A stretch of 64,000 nt of DNA from an uncultured Bacteroidia bacterium (GTDB lineage Bacteria; Bacteroidota; Bacteroidia; NS11-12g; UBA955), in the NCBI GenBank assembly GCA_943788195.1, contig CALSPH010000001.1:59673-123672 (forward strand). Reading direction: 5' to 3'. The position numbers and the translations under genes are program-made. The notes beneath the pieces were generated by a model. That model saw nothing but the letters and a program-made list of their open reading frames with translations. It ran no database searches and had not been told where the DNA came from. The first letter of the stretch is position 1. Every line of letters starts with the position of its first letter. Below are positions 61,933 to 64,000 of the stretch, in pieces.

Positions 61933-62519
61933 TGCGGAGAATACTGTTACTACTTCTGCTATTTTTGTTTGTGGTTGCTAGTTGCAACAACGCTGGCAGC
62001 ACATTGGATATCTCAAGTCAAAATGTAATTCATGATGATTCACTTGTTCTAAATACATCCAATGGAACATTTACTTACCGTGGGGGGTTGTATACAGGCC
62101 AATCGATTTCGCACAATTCCTCGGGTTCCATTTCTCGAACTATCGATTATAAATTCGGTAAAAAGAATGGGTGTTTAACGATGTTTTATCCCAATGGGGC
62201 AATTTCATATCAGGCCAATTATCTCAATGGAAAACTAGATGGGGCTATAGCAAGTTGGTGGAAAAATGGAAATAAACGGTCTGAAAGCTTTTATAGGGAA
62301 GGAAAAGTACACGGTGTTCAAAAGCAATGGTATTCGAGTGGTGAACTATTTAAAGTACTCCGATTTAATGAAGGCATAGAGAATGGATTGCAAACGGCCT
62401 GGAGAAAAAATGGTACGATTTACACCAATTATGAGGCAAAAAACGGCCGCATTTTTGGATTAAAAAAAGCAACACTTTGTTATACCTTAGAAGATGAAGA
62501 AATTCAATTTAGTAATTAG
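61932..62519 (+). CDS. lipoprotein with MORN/YwqK-like repeats
   Basis: Lipobox VVASCNN and a repeated YxNGxxxxxxxYxxGKxxG pattern. Confidence 0.45.
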   Translation: MRRILLLLLLFLFVVASCNNAGSTLDISSQNVIHDDSLVLNTSNGTFTYRGGLYTGQSISHNSSGSISRTIDYKFGKKNGCLTMFYPNGAISYQANYLNGKLDGAIASWWKNGNKRSESFYREGKVHGVQKQWYSSGELFKVLRFNEGIENGLQTAWRKNGTIYTNYEAKNGRIFGLKKATLCYTLEDEEIQFSN

Positions 62520-63156
62520 TATTTGCAGCCTGCTTTTTGCGCATTGCACAACAGACCAACCAAGCAGCAGAGTGGAACAACTCCCCTACTACAAAGATGC
62601 AAGTTTCACACCACATTGGATCAGTGATTTGCCTGATAGTGTTGCCACATTTCATAAAATACCTTCATTTCAACTCGTCAACCAACATGGCCAGAATATA
62701 TCGAATGAAGTAGTTTCAGGGAAAATTTATGTGGCAGACTTTTTCTTCACTACTTGTCCGGGCATTTGCCCAAAAATGACACTCAATATGAAAATATTAC
62801 AAGAAGAGTTCAGACAAGACTCCACTATTTTACTCCTTTCTCATTCCGTTACACCAGAAATTGACTCAGTAGCCCAATTAGCCAAGTACGCAAAAAAGCA
62901 TGGCATCAATTCGCCGAATTGGCATTTACTTACAGGAAATAGAAAAGAAATATACAATTTGGGCAGAAATACTTATTTCATCGAAGAAGACTTAGGTGTG
63001 GAAAAGACAGATGAAGATTTTCTTCATACCGAAAATTTTGTCCTTATCGATCAGCAAGGGCACATTAGAGGCATTTTTAACGGTCTTAACAAGACATCTA
63101 TCGCCCAGCTTATTGCAGATATTTACACCTTAAAAAAGGGCAATTCAGCACAATAA
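62494..63156 (+). CDS. SCO1/SenC-family thioredoxin-like copper chaperone
   Basis: CPGICP motif (FFFTTCPGICPKM) and a downstream conserved His (LSHSVTPEIDS). Confidence 0.75.
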   Translation: MKKFNLVISICSLLFAHCTTDQPSSRVEQLPYYKDASFTPHWISDLPDSVATFHKIPSFQLVNQHGQNISNEVVSGKIYVADFFFTTCPGICPKMTLNMKILQEEFRQDSTILLLSHSVTPEIDSVAQLAKYAKKHGINSPNWHLLTGNRKEIYNLGRNTYFIEEDLGVEKTDEDFLHTENFVLIDQQGHIRGIFNGLNKTSIAQLIADIYTLKKGNSAQ

Positions 63157-63193
63157 AGAAGAAAAAGATACCTTTGACCAAGCATTATAAAAT

Positions 63194-63724
63194 TTGCAAA
63201 AGAAAGAGGAATTTATAACGATCTATGAGAGCCATAAGGATTTAGTCTATAATGTTTGTCTCAACTATTTACAAAATAAAGAAGAGGCTGAGGAGGTCTT
63301 TCAAGATGTTTTTCTGAAAGTACATGCCAAGCTGAATGATTTCAACCAACAATCTTCTTATAAAACATGGATATATCGAATCTGTATTAATAAGTGTATT
63401 GATTACTTACGTGCTAAGAATAGGAAAAAACGTTTCGCATTCTTACAAAGCTTGAGTAATAGCAAATTGGAAATCCACTCTAACTTCAGTCATCCTGGCG
63501 TTTTGATGGAAGACAAAGAATCTATGCGCATTTTGTTTGGCCACATTAACAGTTTACCCGAAAAGCAAAAAACTGCCATAGTTTTAAAGAGTATAGAAGG
63601 ATTAAGTCAAAAAGAAATTGCTCAAATACTGACTACTACAGAAAAAGCCGTTGAATCCCTTTTATCACGGGCAAGGAAAAAACTAAAAGAAAAAATTGAA
63701 TCATCGAAGGATGATAAAGAATAA
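63194..63724 (+). CDS. ECF-subfamily RNA polymerase sigma-70 factor
   Basis: Region 2 (VFQDVFLKVHAKL...YKTWIYRICINKCIDYLR) and region 4 (LSQKEIAQILTTTEKAVESLLSRARKKL). Confidence 0.8.
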   Translation: MQKKEEFITIYESHKDLVYNVCLNYLQNKEEAEEVFQDVFLKVHAKLNDFNQQSSYKTWIYRICINKCIDYLRAKNRKKRFAFLQSLSNSKLEIHSNFSHPGVLMEDKESMRILFGHINSLPEKQKTAIVLKSIEGLSQKEIAQILTTTEKAVESLLSRARKKLKEKIESSKDDKE

Positions 63725-63998
63725 AACGTCTAAGACTATGAACAACGACACATTGGAACCATTAAACAAAATAAAGCGAATCCCTGCACCAGGTTATTTA
63801 TTAACTCGAATCGAAGGAGCATTAGAAGAAGTGCAATTGTTGATCCCTAAACGATTGATTTTTGTATATGCAGCCATCTTTTTTGTTTTCCTTTCTTTAC
63901 AAATTGGTGTGTTTTCTAATTCTCAGAATAACACAGATATTGAATCGTACGCAAATTCATTAGGTATAAATTCTAGTATTACCCTTTATCATGATTAA
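63696..63998 (+). CDS. possible anti-sigma factor (single TM), partial at the window end
   Basis: It overlaps the sigma-factor 3' end and has one hydrophobic helix (LIFVYAAIFFVFLSLQIGVF). The ORF continues beyond the window. Confidence 0.3.
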   Translation: MNHRRMIKNKTSKTMNNDTLEPLNKIKRIPAPGYLLTRIEGALEEVQLLIPKRLIFVYAAIFFVFLSLQIGVFSNSQNNTDIESYANSLGINSSITLYHD

Positions 63999-64000
63999 AA

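Noticed and set aside
1-64000. CRISPR arrays, tRNA or rRNA genes
   Set aside because: No direct repeat-spacer periodicity was seen, and no cloverleaf-compatible ~75-nt segments or rRNA-like conserved blocks were found on either strand.

Overview
This is a 64-kb window from a low-GC Bacteroidota-type chromosome. Markers of that lineage include T9SS C-terminal sorting domains, lipoprotein signals, GT2/GT4 envelope genes and an IS3/IS6 mix. Most of the window is housekeeping core: asd, gcvP, recR, metK, glmS, accC, dapF, htrA, leuS. There is an ars operon (arsR, Cys-rich protein, arsC, ACR3) on the minus strand, and two ECF sigma modules. Three regions stand out. (1) Immediately downstream of glmS, the classical Tn7/island attachment hotspot, lies an ~8-kb accessory island (34.25-42.4 kb). 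It holds a serine-recombinase remnant, two 100% identical 1482-bp IS3-family copies in direct orientation, an IS6 transposase remnant, and cargo genes. The cargo genes (a T9SS-secreted endonuclease I and several lipoproteins) are interrupted at homopolymer tracts (A7, G8) or by frameshifts. (2) At 56.8-60.7 kb, an RnfD/NqrB-like membrane domain is fused in frame to an uncharacterised secreted Cys/His-rich ~500-aa module. A tandem paralog of that module follows, coupled by an ATGA overlap. I cannot place this pair in any known system. (3) An envelope-glycan module at 18.8-23.1 kb comprises a methyltransferase-GT2 fusion, a polytopic membrane protein and an FAD oxidoreductase. Apparent frameshifts in metK and an in-frame TGA in a PPOX-family gene may be sequencing errors or real pseudogenes. 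The ORF track uses TTG/GTG starts, so several 5' ends are approximate. No tRNA, rRNA or CRISPR array was found.
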